From: Lysobacterales bacterium
Lineage (GTDB): Bacteria > Pseudomonadota > Gammaproteobacteria > Xanthomonadales > SZUA-5
NCBI GenBank assembly: GCA_050250665.1
Contig: JBFWOF010000035.1
Span: forward strand, 1,406 to 65,405
DNA: 64,000 bases
Reading direction: 5' to 3'
The notes under the pieces were generated by a model. It ran no database searches, was not told where the DNA came from, and saw nothing but the letters and a program-made list of their open reading frames with translations. A program made the position numbers and the translations under genes. Shown here in pieces: positions 45,273 to 55,382 of the stretch (position 1 is its first letter; each line of letters opens with the position of its first letter).

Positions 45273-45397
45273 TGTACGGACATTGCTGGACGGTCAGGTT
45301 TCTGTGGCCGCACTCAGCCCTCACGCCCCGGCGGCTAGATTCGTCCGCGCCGGTCAGCTAATCTGAAGACTGCTGGGGGAGTTTGGATAGCACCATC

Positions 45398-46030
45398 ATG
45401 TCACCGCCAAGCCCGCGATCACGCAGCGCGATGACGCTGTTCTCACATCTGGATTGCCCGCGTTCTCATGCGATGCGCTTTGTGCTCGCGCTCAAGGGCT
45501 TGCCGCACGATCTGGTCTACGTCGACCCCGAGAGGCCGCCGAAGGATCTGGTCGCGGCAGTGCCGGGGGCCATCCTGCCGACCTTGATGGAGCGCGAAGT
45601 GGTGCTCTACGAGCCGCGGATCATTGCCGAATATCTGGATGAGCGCTTCCCGCACCCGCCGCTGCTGCCCAGTGATCCGCTTGGAAGAGCCCGCTGCAGG
45701 CTGACTTACTACCGGATCGAACAAGAGTGGCTGGCGCCGCTCGACCAGATCAGGAATGGCAGTGCGGCCGCCGCTACCAGAGCCCGCAGCGAGTTGCGGG
45801 ACGCATTGATCGAATCCGATCCGGTATTCAATGCGGCCAAATTCTTTCTGAGTTCCGAGATTGGTCTGGCCGACTGTCTGCTGCTTCCGATCCTGTGGAG
45901 GCTGCCTTCCGCAGGCATCAAATGGCGGGATCTCGGCCCCGGTATCGACGCCTACGCCCAGAGATTGTTCAACACTCCGCTGTTTCAGCGCACCCTCTCG
46001 GACAGCGAACGCGCACTGGCGGAATCCTGA
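45398..46030 (+). CDS. sspA: Stringent starvation protein A (GST-like)
   Basis: Collinear with E. coli SspA as recalled (MTLFS..., PTLMEREVVLYEPRIIAEYLDERFPHPPLLP). The start among ATG 45398, ATG 45431 and TTG 45383 is uncertain. Confidence 0.9.
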   Translation: MSPPSPRSRSAMTLFSHLDCPRSHAMRFVLALKGLPHDLVYVDPERPPKDLVAAVPGAILPTLMEREVVLYEPRIIAEYLDERFPHPPLLPSDPLGRARCRLTYYRIEQEWLAPLDQIRNGSAAAATRARSELRDALIESDPVFNAAKFFLSSEIGLADCLLLPILWRLPSAGIKWRDLGPGIDAYAQRLFNTPLFQRTLSDSERALAES

Positions 46031-46192
46031 TCCGGTGGTGACCGAAGGGCAGGGCTGCGGTCGTCAGGCGCTGGCATAGGTGACATCATTGGCCAAAAGG
46101 GCGAGCGCAGGGTTCGCCGCAATCTCGCGTCAAACCGGGCAGAGCCTCGCCGGTATTCGGCAAAATAAGTCCGGTAATTCAAGGAGTTGTAA

Positions 46193-46672
46193 ATGGAAAT
46201 GACCTCCACGCGTCCCTATCTGATCCGGGCCATCTATGACTGGATCCTGGACAATCGGGGTACCCCATATCTGCTGGTCGATGCCACATTCGACGGTGTG
46301 CGCGTGCCCCGTCAGGCCATCAAGGAAGGTCAGGTCCTGCTCAATATTGCCCCGCACGCCATCGATCGCCTTGAGCTCGGCATTGATGAAGTGCGTTTCA
46401 ATGCCCGCTTCTCCGGCGTCAGTCAGAGCATAGTCGCGCCGGTCGCTGCGGTGCTTGCGATCTATGCGCAGGAGAACGGGCAAGGCATGATGTTTCCGGC
46501 AGAAAGCCCTCTGGAAGAGGGTCTGGAGGCCAAGCCTGAAGTCGCGGAGCCTAGTCCCGAGCCCTTGGCGGCCGTGCCCGATGCTGGCGAACAGGATGTT
46601 CCGGACGGGTCGGATGGGTCTGATGCACCGCGCCCGGAGCGGGCGCGACCGTCCCTGCGCATCGTCAAGTAG
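46193..46672 (+). CDS. sspB: Stringent starvation protein B (ClpXP adaptor)
   Basis: AAGGAG SD. RPYLIRAIYDWILDN..TPYLLVDA block, an acidic linker and a C-terminal RPSLRIVK ClpX-binding tail. Confidence 0.9.
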   Translation: MEMTSTRPYLIRAIYDWILDNRGTPYLLVDATFDGVRVPRQAIKEGQVLLNIAPHAIDRLELGIDEVRFNARFSGVSQSIVAPVAAVLAIYAQENGQGMMFPAESPLEEGLEAKPEVAEPSPEPLAAVPDAGEQDVPDGSDGSDAPRPERARPSLRIVK

Positions 46673-46699
46673 CAGCGGTCTTTCCAGCCGACTCCGCTT

Positions 46700-47047
46700 T
46701 CAGCGCTCGGCTTCGTCCTGTACCCAGAGCTCGTGGCTGCCGTCAGCCCGCGGCACTTCAACCCACTGCAGTACGCCCTGATGAAAGCGGATGCGGCCGT
46801 GGCGTCGGCGCTGGCCGTCCAGACTCACGTCGAAGCCGTAATCGACCTGCCAACCCAGTTGCTGACGGTTGCGGGCCAGGCGCAGGTGCTGCAGCGACAC
46901 TGTGGCGTCCAGCAGCTGCAATCCCGCATCCCTGCAGCTGCGCGCGGCCACGGCCAATGCTCTCTCCTGCAGTCCGCGAAGCAGTTGCCACACGAGCACG
47001 CCGACGGCGAGGATCAGCATGCTGAAGAGAGCCACTGCGCTACTCAT
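46700..47047 (-). CDS. Small membrane-anchored hypothetical protein (DUF3301-like)
   Basis: 115 aa from MSSAVALFSMLILAVGVLVW, with one N-terminal TM segment. The family assignment is from memory only. Confidence 0.45.
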   Translation of the reverse strand: MSSAVALFSMLILAVGVLVWQLLRGLQERALAVAARSCRDAGLQLLDATVSLQHLRLARNRQQLGWQVDYGFDVSLDGQRRRHGRIRFHQGVLQWVEVPRADGSHELWVQDEAER

Positions 47048-47370
47048 GAGAGGATTCTGTTGCCGGGCGGAGGGTGAATGATGGCATTGCATCCGCCGTC
47101 GCGCGCGTCCCCGGCAAGTCTGTGCCGACAACGCGAACGCTTCGATACTTCCAGGCCGGCAGGCTATCCGTAGCCCGTCGATCTGGCATAACCGGCTTCA
47201 GATCGGCCGAGACGGTTCATATGCCGCGGCTTGTTCCGGCAATGGCAGTGCTATTGCCCTTCGAAATCGTCGAACCCTGCGCTCGCCCAGTCCAATCTTC
47301 ACATCGATTCTTCCGGGCCGGCAGGCTGCTAGAATGACAAGTTCTGATCAGACCGGACGATGACCTCGGC

Positions 47371-49896
47371 GTGGGGGCAATTTCGATACCAGGCTACGAG
47401 ATCGAGCGTGAGCTCGGGGTCGGCGGGATGGCGCGGGTCTATCTTGCGATCCAGTCTTCGCTCGAACGTCGGGTCGCGCTGAAGGTCATGGCGCCGGCGC
47501 TGGCTGCCGACGCCAGCTTCTCCAAGCGCTTCCTGCGCGAAGCTCGGACCATTGCCTCCCTGACCCATCCGCATATCGTCGCGGTGTACGAGGTCGGCGT
47601 CACCAACGACCATCTGCACTATTTCTCGATGCAGTTTTTGCCTGGCGGCGATTTTGCCCAGCGCATGCGCAAGGGCGTCGATCAGGCCGAAGTCGTGCGC
47701 GTGCTCTGCGGCATCGCCAAGGCGCTGGGATTCGCCCATCAACAGGGCGTGGTGCATCGCGATGTCACGCCCGGCAACATCATGTTCGACGGCGCCGACA
47801 CGCCACTGCTGACCGACTTCGGCATTGCCCGCGCGCTCAGTGGCTCTACCCGGATTACCAGCACCGGCGTCAGTATCGGCACCAGCAACTACATGAGCCC
47901 CGAGCAGGCACGTGGGGGCGAGGTCGATGCCCGCTCGGATCTCTACAGCCTGGGGGTGCTGGCGTTCGAGGCCTTGAGCGGACGGCCGCCGTACCAGGGG
48001 CCGGACGGCTTTGCCGTGGCCTACGCCCACGTCTTCGAACCCATTCCCCGACTGCCGGCGCCCTTGCAGCACTGGCAGGCCTTCATCGATCGGGCGCTGG
48101 CCAAGGATCCCAAGGATCGTTTTGCCAGCGCCGATGAACTGATTGCGGGCCTTCAACAGGTAGAGATTCCCAAGGGTTCAACGGCGATGCAGACTCTGCC
48201 CGCCGCCGCTTCCAATGCGGAGTCGCTGCCGGCAGCATCGCGCTCTTCGACCACGATCATCGAGAATCTGGCACGGCATGTCGGCCCTGCATCCCAGGGG
48301 CCTGCTGGCCGCTGGCAGCGCCCTGCCTTGATACTGGTGCTGGCAGGCGGGCTTCTGGCAGTGGCCTACGGCGTTTTTCGGGGCCCTCCCGGCGCGCCGC
48401 CTGTGACCACGGAGCCTGAGGCGCAGTTACCGGTCGCGGGCAAGATTCCGACGCCGGTCACGCCGACTGCCGTCGATCCCGCGACCCCACCTGTGCCGGA
48501 ACCCGGTCCGACTGGCATTGAAGGGATGACCGCGCTCGATCCCGGTTCCGCTGATGAGCTTTCCGGTGACGCCTCGGGCAGCGAGCTGAACCTTCCCGAT
48601 GCTTCCGCCTATGGCCCGGTGAAGCCGGCCATGCGCATTGCCGCCCTGCTCGAATTTGCCCAATCGCTGCTGCCGATGCAGCGCCTGCAGTTGCCCGCCG
48701 AAGCCAACGCCACGCTGTTGTTTTCGCGGGTGCTGGAGCTGGAACCGGACAACGAAGAGGCCAAGGCCGGTCTGGCGGCAGTGGTGGATGCCTACCTGCA
48801 GCTGGCGCGACAGGATCTGGATGCCGGCAGGGTTTCAGACGGCAAGGATCGCCTGGATCGTGCGCGCCAGGTTGCGGCCACACCGGGCCTCGAGACGGCG
48901 GCACTCAATGTCCGCATCGATCAGGAGTGGAACACGCGGATCTCGAGTCTGAAGACTGCGGCTCGAACAGCCCTGGACGCCTGGCGTGGCCCCGAAGCCG
49001 AGAGCCTGATCAGTCAGGCGCTGACCCTGGTCCCCAATGATGCCGAGTTGCTCAAGTGGATGAAGGAAGCCAAGGTCATTGGCAAGCCGGGTTACCGTTT
49101 TCGTGACGCTGCCGATGGTCCGGAGATGGTCGTCGTCGGCAAGGGCTCGGTGCTGCTGTCTGGTGCCCGCAAGGGTAGCGATTTGCGCGTGGCTATTTCC
49201 ACGCCCTTTGCCGTGGCCCGTCGCGAAATCAGCGTGACCGAGTTTGGGCGTTTCGTTCAATCCGCGCAGCACCGGGTCACGCCCAGCGGATGCCGGGACA
49301 AGGATGGCGGTTTCATTTTCTCTGGCTCCTCCAAGGACCGCACCTGGCGTGCGCCTGGCTTCAGTCAGACCGGCGATCACCCGGCCGTCTGCGTGGGCCA
49401 CAAGGATGCGGTGGCTTATGCGCAGTGGCTGAGCAAGACTACGGGACAGCCCTATCGCTTGCTGTCGGAGGCTGAATGGCAGTATCTGGGTAACCAGGTT
49501 CAGGTCAAACCCTGCGTCAGCGGCAATCGGGCCGATCAGAGCTACAAGAAGGCTGAGGGTGGCAACAGTGCGCTGTCCTGCGATGATGGATTTGCGGCGA
49601 CCGCACCTTCCGGCCGCTTTGAGGCCTCATCCCCCGGGCTTTATGATATTGAGGGTAATGTGCGCGAGCATGTGGCGGATTGCGCGAACGACAGCCACGC
49701 CGGCCGTCGCCAGGACCAGAAGGCGCGCACGGACGGCAAGTGCGACGAGCACATGATCATGGGCAGCGCGTGGCACAGCGACCGCGACGAACCCGCGGTC
49801 ATTGATCGCCGCAGCGAAAAGGACGATTGGTTGAGCAATACCGTAGGTTTCAGGGTGGCGCGCGATCTGGCGCCGGCAAACGAGGGATCGCGGTGA
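47371..49896 (+). CDS. Transmembrane Ser/Thr protein kinase fused to a C-terminal formylglycine-generating-enzyme (SUMF1/FGE)-like domain
   Basis: Hanks kinase motifs (VALKVM, HRDVTPGNIMF, DFGIAR, SPEQ). TM segment ALILVLAGGLLAVAYGVF. Helical-repeat middle region. FGE-type blocks HPAVCVGHKDAVAYAQWL, YRLLSEAEWQY, NVREHV, GSAWHS and GFRVARD. GTG start. Confidence 0.85.
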   Translation: MGAISIPGYEIERELGVGGMARVYLAIQSSLERRVALKVMAPALAADASFSKRFLREARTIASLTHPHIVAVYEVGVTNDHLHYFSMQFLPGGDFAQRMRKGVDQAEVVRVLCGIAKALGFAHQQGVVHRDVTPGNIMFDGADTPLLTDFGIARALSGSTRITSTGVSIGTSNYMSPEQARGGEVDARSDLYSLGVLAFEALSGRPPYQGPDGFAVAYAHVFEPIPRLPAPLQHWQAFIDRALAKDPKDRFASADELIAGLQQVEIPKGSTAMQTLPAAASNAESLPAASRSSTTIIENLARHVGPASQGPAGRWQRPALILVLAGGLLAVAYGVFRGPPGAPPVTTEPEAQLPVAGKIPTPVTPTAVDPATPPVPEPGPTGIEGMTALDPGSADELSGDASGSELNLPDASAYGPVKPAMRIAALLEFAQSLLPMQRLQLPAEANATLLFSRVLELEPDNEEAKAGLAAVVDAYLQLARQDLDAGRVSDGKDRLDRARQVAATPGLETAALNVRIDQEWNTRISSLKTAARTALDAWRGPEAESLISQALTLVPNDAELLKWMKEAKVIGKPGYRFRDAADGPEMVVVGKGSVLLSGARKGSDLRVAISTPFAVARREISVTEFGRFVQSAQHRVTPSGCRDKDGGFIFSGSSKDRTWRAPGFSQTGDHPAVCVGHKDAVAYAQWLSKTTGQPYRLLSEAEWQYLGNQVQVKPCVSGNRADQSYKKAEGGNSALSCDDGFAATAPSGRFEASSPGLYDIEGNVREHVADCANDSHAGRRQDQKARTDGKCDEHMIMGSAWHSDRDEPAVIDRRSEKDDWLSNTVGFRVARDLAPANEGSR

Positions 49897-49936
49897 GCAA
49901 CCGCCGTCGTCGATTCGAGATTATCTTGGGGGACTC

Positions 49937-50764
49937 ATGAAGCTGCTCTTTCCGAATGGAGAACACGCACCGGTCGAATTGGAATCAGGGCGCGCCGTAT
50001 TGGGCAGCGGAACTGATGCCGATGTCGTACTGCACGCGCCCGGCATTGCGCCCAGTCACGCCCATCTCGACGTGAAGGGCAGCACTGCCACTATCTCGCT
50101 GCCCAATCCGGCCAACGAAGTCACCATCAATGGCAAAGCGCTGACGGTACCGGCTGAAATCAAGCCGGGAGATCTGGTGACCTTTGCCGGCGTACGCGTG
50201 CGCATTGTGGCGGTTGAGAAAGCCGCGAGTGCGCCGCCGGTGGTGAAAGTCAAGGAAGTCGATGTGGATGACGATGGCCGCACCAAGGTGCGGATGGCCT
50301 TGCCGCGCTTCGTATTGCGGGGCGTTTCCGGCGTGACCTTCGGCAAGGTCTTTCCCTTGCAGGGAACCGTCGTGATCGGTCGCCAGAACGAGTGCGAGAT
50401 CCCCATTCCCTCCGAAGAGGTATCCCGACGTCACGCCGAGTTGCGGGTCACGCCCGACGGCATCATGGTCGAGGATCTGGGCTCATCCAACGGCACCTAT
50501 GTCAACGACAAGCGCATTACCCGGCAGTTGATGAAAGCCGGAGATGAGCTGCGTCTGGATACCATCCGTTTCCTGTTGCTGGCGCCCGGGCAGGAAATGC
50601 ATCAGGTCAGCGCGGGGCGGGCCGATGCGCCTGCAGCAGCTGCCGCCTCGGCGACGGGGTCAGCGAAAGCGGGCGGCAGCAAGACCGGCTTGATGTGGGC
50701 CATCGTGGTGGTGGCGGTGCTGTCGCTGGCTGCCGTTGGCGCCAAGATCATGGGCGTGTACTGA
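49937..50764 (+). CDS. Double-FHA-domain protein with a C-terminal TM anchor
   Basis: Two FHA cores (..LGSGTDADVVLH...SHAHL; ..VVIGRQNECEIPI..VSRRHAEL..EDLGSSNGTYVN) and the tail LMWAIVVVAVLSLAAVGAKIMGVY. Confidence 0.85.
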   Translation: MKLLFPNGEHAPVELESGRAVLGSGTDADVVLHAPGIAPSHAHLDVKGSTATISLPNPANEVTINGKALTVPAEIKPGDLVTFAGVRVRIVAVEKAASAPPVVKVKEVDVDDDGRTKVRMALPRFVLRGVSGVTFGKVFPLQGTVVIGRQNECEIPIPSEEVSRRHAELRVTPDGIMVEDLGSSNGTYVNDKRITRQLMKAGDELRLDTIRFLLLAPGQEMHQVSAGRADAPAAAAASATGSAKAGGSKTGLMWAIVVVAVLSLAAVGAKIMGVY

Positions 50765-50933
50765 GCTCGCGCTCATCGGTGATGCGCCAGGGCGTCGCCT
50801 GCCAGAACCAAATGGCGGGGCGGGCGGCGCTCACAGAGGTACGTTTCCACTGCGAGTGCAGATTGGTCGCTGCCCACGGGTCCACCCTGGATGTGGGGGC
50901 GCAGCAAATCACGAAGACGCTGGAACTGTGGGC

Positions 50934-51809
50934 TCAGCGAGCGGCCTTCCAGCGCATCGACAGATCGATGGCGCGTACGTGCTTGGTCAGCGCGCCGATG
51001 GAAATGTAGTCCACACCCAGGGCGCAGAGCTCTCCGAGCCGCTGCTGCTCGATTCCGCCGGACAGTTCCAGTTCGATTCCCGGCGTGCGCTCGTCCAGCG
51101 CTTGTCTCAGCTCGGCAGGGCTGAGCTCGTCCAGCATGATGCGATCAGGTCGGGCGGCGCTGGCCTGACGGTATTCGTCCAGTGATTCGACCTCGATCTC
51201 GACCATGCAGTCGGGCGCCAGTGCGCGGGCACGCTCGATGGCCGTGGCAATGCCGCCGGCCGCCAGAATATGGTTCTCCTTGATCAGCACGGCGTCATAC
51301 AGGCCCATGCGATGGTTGACGCCACCGCCGGCGCGGACCGCGTATTTCTGCGCATAGCGAAGCCCGGGCAAGGTCTTGCGGGTGTCCAGTATTCGAGTAC
51401 GAGTGCCGGCGGTCCAGGCAACGTACTGCGCGGTCACGGTGGCAGTGCCCGACAGCGTCTGCAGGAAGTTCATGGCGCTGCGTTCGGCGCTGAGCAGCGC
51501 GCGGGCATTGGCGCTGATCGAGCACAGGCGGGAGCCGGCACTGACATGGCTGGCTTCGGCGCAGTCCCAGACGATGTTGGCGTCTGCATCCAGAGCGCGG
51601 ACGCAAGCGTCGAACCAGGCCTGGCCGGCCAGCACCAGGTCTTCGCGTGTCCACAATTCCGCTTCGCCGCGAGCATCGGCACTGACCAACTGTGCGCTGA
51701 GATCGCCCGGACCAAGGTCTTCAGCCAGCGCTCTGGCCACATCCGCGGAGACGACTTCGGCGCTCGGCGCTCCGATCACGATGGGTTTGAAAGGGAAGTC
51801 GGTGCTCAC
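50934..51809 (-). CDS. nadC: Nicotinate-nucleotide diphosphorylase (carboxylating), quinolinate phosphoribosyltransferase
   Basis: 291 aa. Blocks ILDTRKT.PGLR, KYAVRAGGG.NHR, IKENH and IEVEVESL. Confidence 0.9.
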   Translation of the reverse strand: MSTDFPFKPIVIGAPSAEVVSADVARALAEDLGPGDLSAQLVSADARGEAELWTREDLVLAGQAWFDACVRALDADANIVWDCAEASHVSAGSRLCSISANARALLSAERSAMNFLQTLSGTATVTAQYVAWTAGTRTRILDTRKTLPGLRYAQKYAVRAGGGVNHRMGLYDAVLIKENHILAAGGIATAIERARALAPDCMVEIEVESLDEYRQASAARPDRIMLDELSPAELRQALDERTPGIELELSGGIEQQRLGELCALGVDYISIGALTKHVRAIDLSMRWKAAR

Positions 51810-51864
51810 GCCGTGCTCTGATGATCATCAGGGGTGGCGAGCATACTGCCTGCAGGTCCGCCAG

Positions 51865-54402
51865 TCAGGGCTGCTGATGGCTTTCCGTCGGGTCCGTGTC
51901 GTCTTCGCCCACGTCTTCGACCTGCTCCTGATGTTCCTGGCCGACCGAAGTCTTGAGTCGCTCGACGATGGCGTCCAGTGCACGATCGAACAGGGGGACA
52001 TCCTCCAGCATCATGGCCCGGCCATTGCGGAGTTCACTGGCCAGCGCCCAGACGGTCTTGTCGGCCACCTTGAGGCCCTTGCGGTTGACGAACAGATACT
52101 TGCTGCTGATCGGGCTGATCCACGACAGCTTGGCCCGCTCGGCGCGGCTTTCACCGTGGCGAAACTCTACCCAGGTGCCTACCTTGATGGCCCGGGCAAT
52201 CTCGTAGTGCTCGTCGCGGATTTCGGTTTCTGGATCGGCCTCGGCATCCGGCTGTTTTGATTGCCGTGCCAGTTCATCGACGAAATTGTCCTCGGCCGGT
52301 GCTGGCGCCGGTGCGCTCTCCACCGCTCTGGTTTCCGCGGGCGACTCGGCCGCGGTCCTGGCCTCGACCTCCAAACCGGGGGCGACGTCGGTTGCGCTCA
52401 CGGTCGCGGCTGCTGCCTTCTCTTCAGGAACTTCAGCCGGTGCCTCAGCCGTTGCTGGTGCCGCTGCGGGATTCAGTTGCGTCTCGTAGAACTTGCCGAG
52501 ATCGCCGAGCAGATCGCGCACGTCGTTGTCGTGATAGGCGACCATGGCCAGACCCTGTCGCAGGGCCTTTTCCAACTCCGGCACCAGCGCCCGCAAGCGC
52601 GAACGCTCGGAGTCTGTTTCCTTCGGCAGTGCTGCCCAGACCAGCTCGTCAGCCACTCGCAGCGAGGTTTTCCACGGATGCGAGCCCTCGCCCTGACGCA
52701 GGATCGTCAGCACCAGGACATTGGCCCAGGGCCGCGTCAGGATATGCCGAATGACTTCGGGCAGATTCTTGCCCTCGATTCGGGTCAGGATCTCGCGCGC
52801 TGCGGTCTTGCGAGCACCTTGCAGGCGTTCGCGGCCACGAGCTGCCTCGGCGGCACGCAGTTCCGATACCTCGGCACGTTTCTTCGATGACCCGACGAAG
52901 TCGCGAAAGTCCTTGAGCTGCCGATCGAAGATCTGAACGTCGTCGTCGAAGTCCTTCAGCAGGACCTCCACTACCGATTTCACCTTGTCGTAGAAGCGGC
53001 CGTCCTTGTCGCTCTCCTCACTCCAGGCCAGTCCCGCCTGCGCGAGCTCATCCAGCAACAGACGCGCCGGGTGCTCCTTCTTGGCAAACATGGCCTTGTC
53101 GAGAATCGCGCACTTCAGATAGGGAATCTGCAGACGCGCCAGCAGCGCCTGCATTTCTGCCGGCAGATTGCGATCCTGCAGAATGAACTCGAACAGCATC
53201 CCGACCAGATCGATGGTGTCCTCGTCGGCCGAGGTGATCCGGTGCTTTTCATCACCCGAACCCAGACGATGGAGCTGTCCGACCAGTTCGTCCTTGATCT
53301 GCCCGGTCGGCGGAACCTGCGGAGCCGACACATAGCCCTGGCTGGGCGAAATGGCCACGGTCTGACTCTGCAGTATCGACAGCGCATTGATCAGGTCATT
53401 GGTGGCAAAGGACTGACCCGGGATGACTCCGGATCCACCGCCTGAATAACCAGCGTGCGCCCCGCCCGGGCCGCTCATGCCGCGTCGCGAGGCCAGCAGC
53501 GAACGCACCGTGTTGTAGAGCTCGACCTGGAGTTCGGCTTCCGCCGCAGACGCGGGCCCATAGCCCGAAGTGTTCAGGTGGCCGCCAGCGGGGCCGCCGC
53601 CGACCTGATCGTAGTCGCCGGCTGCCACGTCAGCATCAGCGCCAGGCATCGGCGCCATCGGCGCCCTCGCGGTGCCTGCCGACCCTGGTCGCTGCGAGGC
53701 AAACTGGTTCTTCAGCTGCGGCAGCACGCCGGCGTTGACCAGATGTTGATTGATTTCGTCGTAGAGCTGGTCCAGTCCGCCCATGACATGCTTGTCAAAC
53801 AACTTCAGAATCAGCAGCTTGACGTGCAGATCCACCTCGAGCTCGACCAGCGTCGACTGGAAGGCCCGGCACAGCAGTTTGGGCCCGGCCGGGTTGTTGT
53901 CCTCGTCGATCTTGGTGCCGCCGGCAAGTACCGACATGCGCTGGTCCAGCGCGTAGAGATGCCGGCTGAAGCGATTGGACGCCTTGCCGGCCATCGCCGA
54001 CACCGCCAGCGATTCTTCCAGTTCCTTCTCGTCGAGCAGCGCCAGGCCGCCCAGACGAGGGCCTTCAGAATCCTGCGCAGAGGACTGATTCTGGCCAAAG
54101 TTGGCGAAATTGCGGGTGAGGTTCTCCTGGAACAAGCGTTCCAGCAGCTGGCGCTTGCGACGAACTTCGCGCATGCCATCGAAATATCGGGTCTGGACGA
54201 CGTTGTTCTCGCCCTTTTCCGCCAGATCGAACAGGGCGTCGTCGGTGCCATCGAGCAGGCTGCCAATGCACATCGCCAGGCGTTTCTGGGCGATGCCGCG
54301 GCATTGTTTGATCAGTTCGCCAACACGGTCGACTGCCTGCGTCTGCAGCGCCTGGCGCTGCTGCAGATCAACGACCTTGTTGTTGTCGGGACCATTGGTC
54401 AC
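51865..54402 (-). CDS. Large conserved hypothetical protein (DUF1631-like)
   Basis: About 845 aa. The likely GTG start at 54402 has GGGGAAAG upstream; the ORF is open to TTG 54426. The block LQIPYLKCAILDKAMFAKKEHPARLLLDELAQAG and the Ala/Pro/Glu-rich linker resemble DUF1631 proteins as I remember them. Confidence 0.5.
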   Translation of the reverse strand: MTNGPDNNKVVDLQQRQALQTQAVDRVGELIKQCRGIAQKRLAMCIGSLLDGTDDALFDLAEKGENNVVQTRYFDGMREVRRKRQLLERLFQENLTRNFANFGQNQSSAQDSEGPRLGGLALLDEKELEESLAVSAMAGKASNRFSRHLYALDQRMSVLAGGTKIDEDNNPAGPKLLCRAFQSTLVELEVDLHVKLLILKLFDKHVMGGLDQLYDEINQHLVNAGVLPQLKNQFASQRPGSAGTARAPMAPMPGADADVAAGDYDQVGGGPAGGHLNTSGYGPASAAEAELQVELYNTVRSLLASRRGMSGPGGAHAGYSGGGSGVIPGQSFATNDLINALSILQSQTVAISPSQGYVSAPQVPPTGQIKDELVGQLHRLGSGDEKHRITSADEDTIDLVGMLFEFILQDRNLPAEMQALLARLQIPYLKCAILDKAMFAKKEHPARLLLDELAQAGLAWSEESDKDGRFYDKVKSVVEVLLKDFDDDVQIFDRQLKDFRDFVGSSKKRAEVSELRAAEAARGRERLQGARKTAAREILTRIEGKNLPEVIRHILTRPWANVLVLTILRQGEGSHPWKTSLRVADELVWAALPKETDSERSRLRALVPELEKALRQGLAMVAYHDNDVRDLLGDLGKFYETQLNPAAAPATAEAPAEVPEEKAAAATVSATDVAPGLEVEARTAAESPAETRAVESAPAPAPAEDNFVDELARQSKQPDAEADPETEIRDEHYEIARAIKVGTWVEFRHGESRAERAKLSWISPISSKYLFVNRKGLKVADKTVWALASELRNGRAMMLEDVPLFDRALDAIVERLKTSVGQEHQEQVEDVGEDDTDPTESHQQP

Positions 54403-54532
54403 GCGCTTTCCCCTGATTAAGCACAAGTCCTGGCTTTGCTTGCTCTACCACACACTAAGCGTACCCCACCCGGGGGTCACTGATCGCAAACGGCTGGAAA
54501 AGTTTGACACTGATCACAGTTTCAAAGCCAGC

Positions 54533-54805
54533 TCAGACGGGAAAGCCCTGCCATTGGGTGGTGCCGATACCTTCTTCCGGAAGCAGCACCGGAATATCGT
54601 CTTCGATGCGGTAGATCACGCGCCCGTCGTCGGTGATCAAACCGGCCTCCAATGCCGAGCTTAACGGACGATTGTCGACATCATGCACGCCGCCCGCTGC
54701 GATAGCGCTGTTGATCCATTGCAGCTGATCGGCTCGCAAAGGGCGCAGCGGGCGCCGGGATACCGGGCAACAGAGAATTTCCAGCAGGCGCCGATCGATG
54801 GCCAT
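54533..54805 (-). CDS. Trm112/YcaR-family small zinc-ribbon-like protein
   Basis: LLEILCCPVSRRPL ... EDDIPVLLPEE. Confidence 0.6.
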   Translation of the reverse strand: MAIDRRLLEILCCPVSRRPLRPLRADQLQWINSAIAAGGVHDVDNRPLSSALEAGLITDDGRVIYRIEDDIPVLLPEEGIGTTQWQGFPV

Positions 54806-54872
54806 AAGCATTGGAGCCCAGAACAAGGACCGCTAAGATAGCGCGCTACCCCATCCCTCTCCAGAGTGCACA

Positions 54873-55382
54873 GTGGAATTGATCCTGCCTCAAGTCGGCG
54901 TCGTCATGGGTTCGCGATCGGACTGGGAAACCATGTCGGCAGCGGCGGAAATGCTCGAAGAGCTGCGCGTGCCGCACGAAGTCCGCGTGGTCTCGGCCCA
55001 TCGCACGCCTGATCTGCTGTTCAGTTACGCCGAAGAAGCCGAAGAGCGTGGGCTGCGGGTGCTGATTGCCGGCGCCGGCGGCGCCGCCCATCTTCCTGGC
55101 ATGCTTGCCGCCAAGACCTGGTTGCCGGTCCTGGGTGTGCCGGTGCAATCGCGGGTATTGAACGGTGTGGACTCGTTGCTGTCGATTGTGCAGATGCCCG
55201 CTGGCGTGCCGGTGATGACGCTGGCGATCGGGCAGGCCGGCGCCAAGAACGCTGCCTTGGCGGCCGCCTCCATCCTCGCGCTCGCCAATCCCGCACTGGC
55301 TCTGCGACTCAAGGCCCTGCGCCAGGCGCAGACCGAACGCGTGCTGGCTGAACCCGATCCGCGGCGGCCGGCGTGCGAGTAG
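54873..55382 (+). CDS. purE: N5-carboxyaminoimidazole ribonucleotide mutase
   Basis: [19 protein letters not shown] and [10 protein letters not shown] blocks. GTG start. Confidence 0.95.
   Translation: MELILPQVGVVMGSRSDWETMSAAAEMLEELRVPHEVRVVSAHRTPDLLFSYAEEAEERGLRVLIAGAGGAAHLPGMLAAKTWLPVLGVPVQSRVLNGVDSLLSIVQMPAGVPVMTLAIGQAGAKNAALAAASILALANPALALRLKALRQAQTERVLAEPDPRRPACE

Noticed and set aside
47148-47336. Direct repeat CTTCC[A/G]GGCCGGCAGGCT at about 47148 and 47310, with TAGAAT after the second copy, as a possible promoter for the kinase gene.
   Set aside because: - The spacing between the putative -35 and -10 boxes is too short (about 13 nt).
- The repeat alone is not enough to call a regulatory site.
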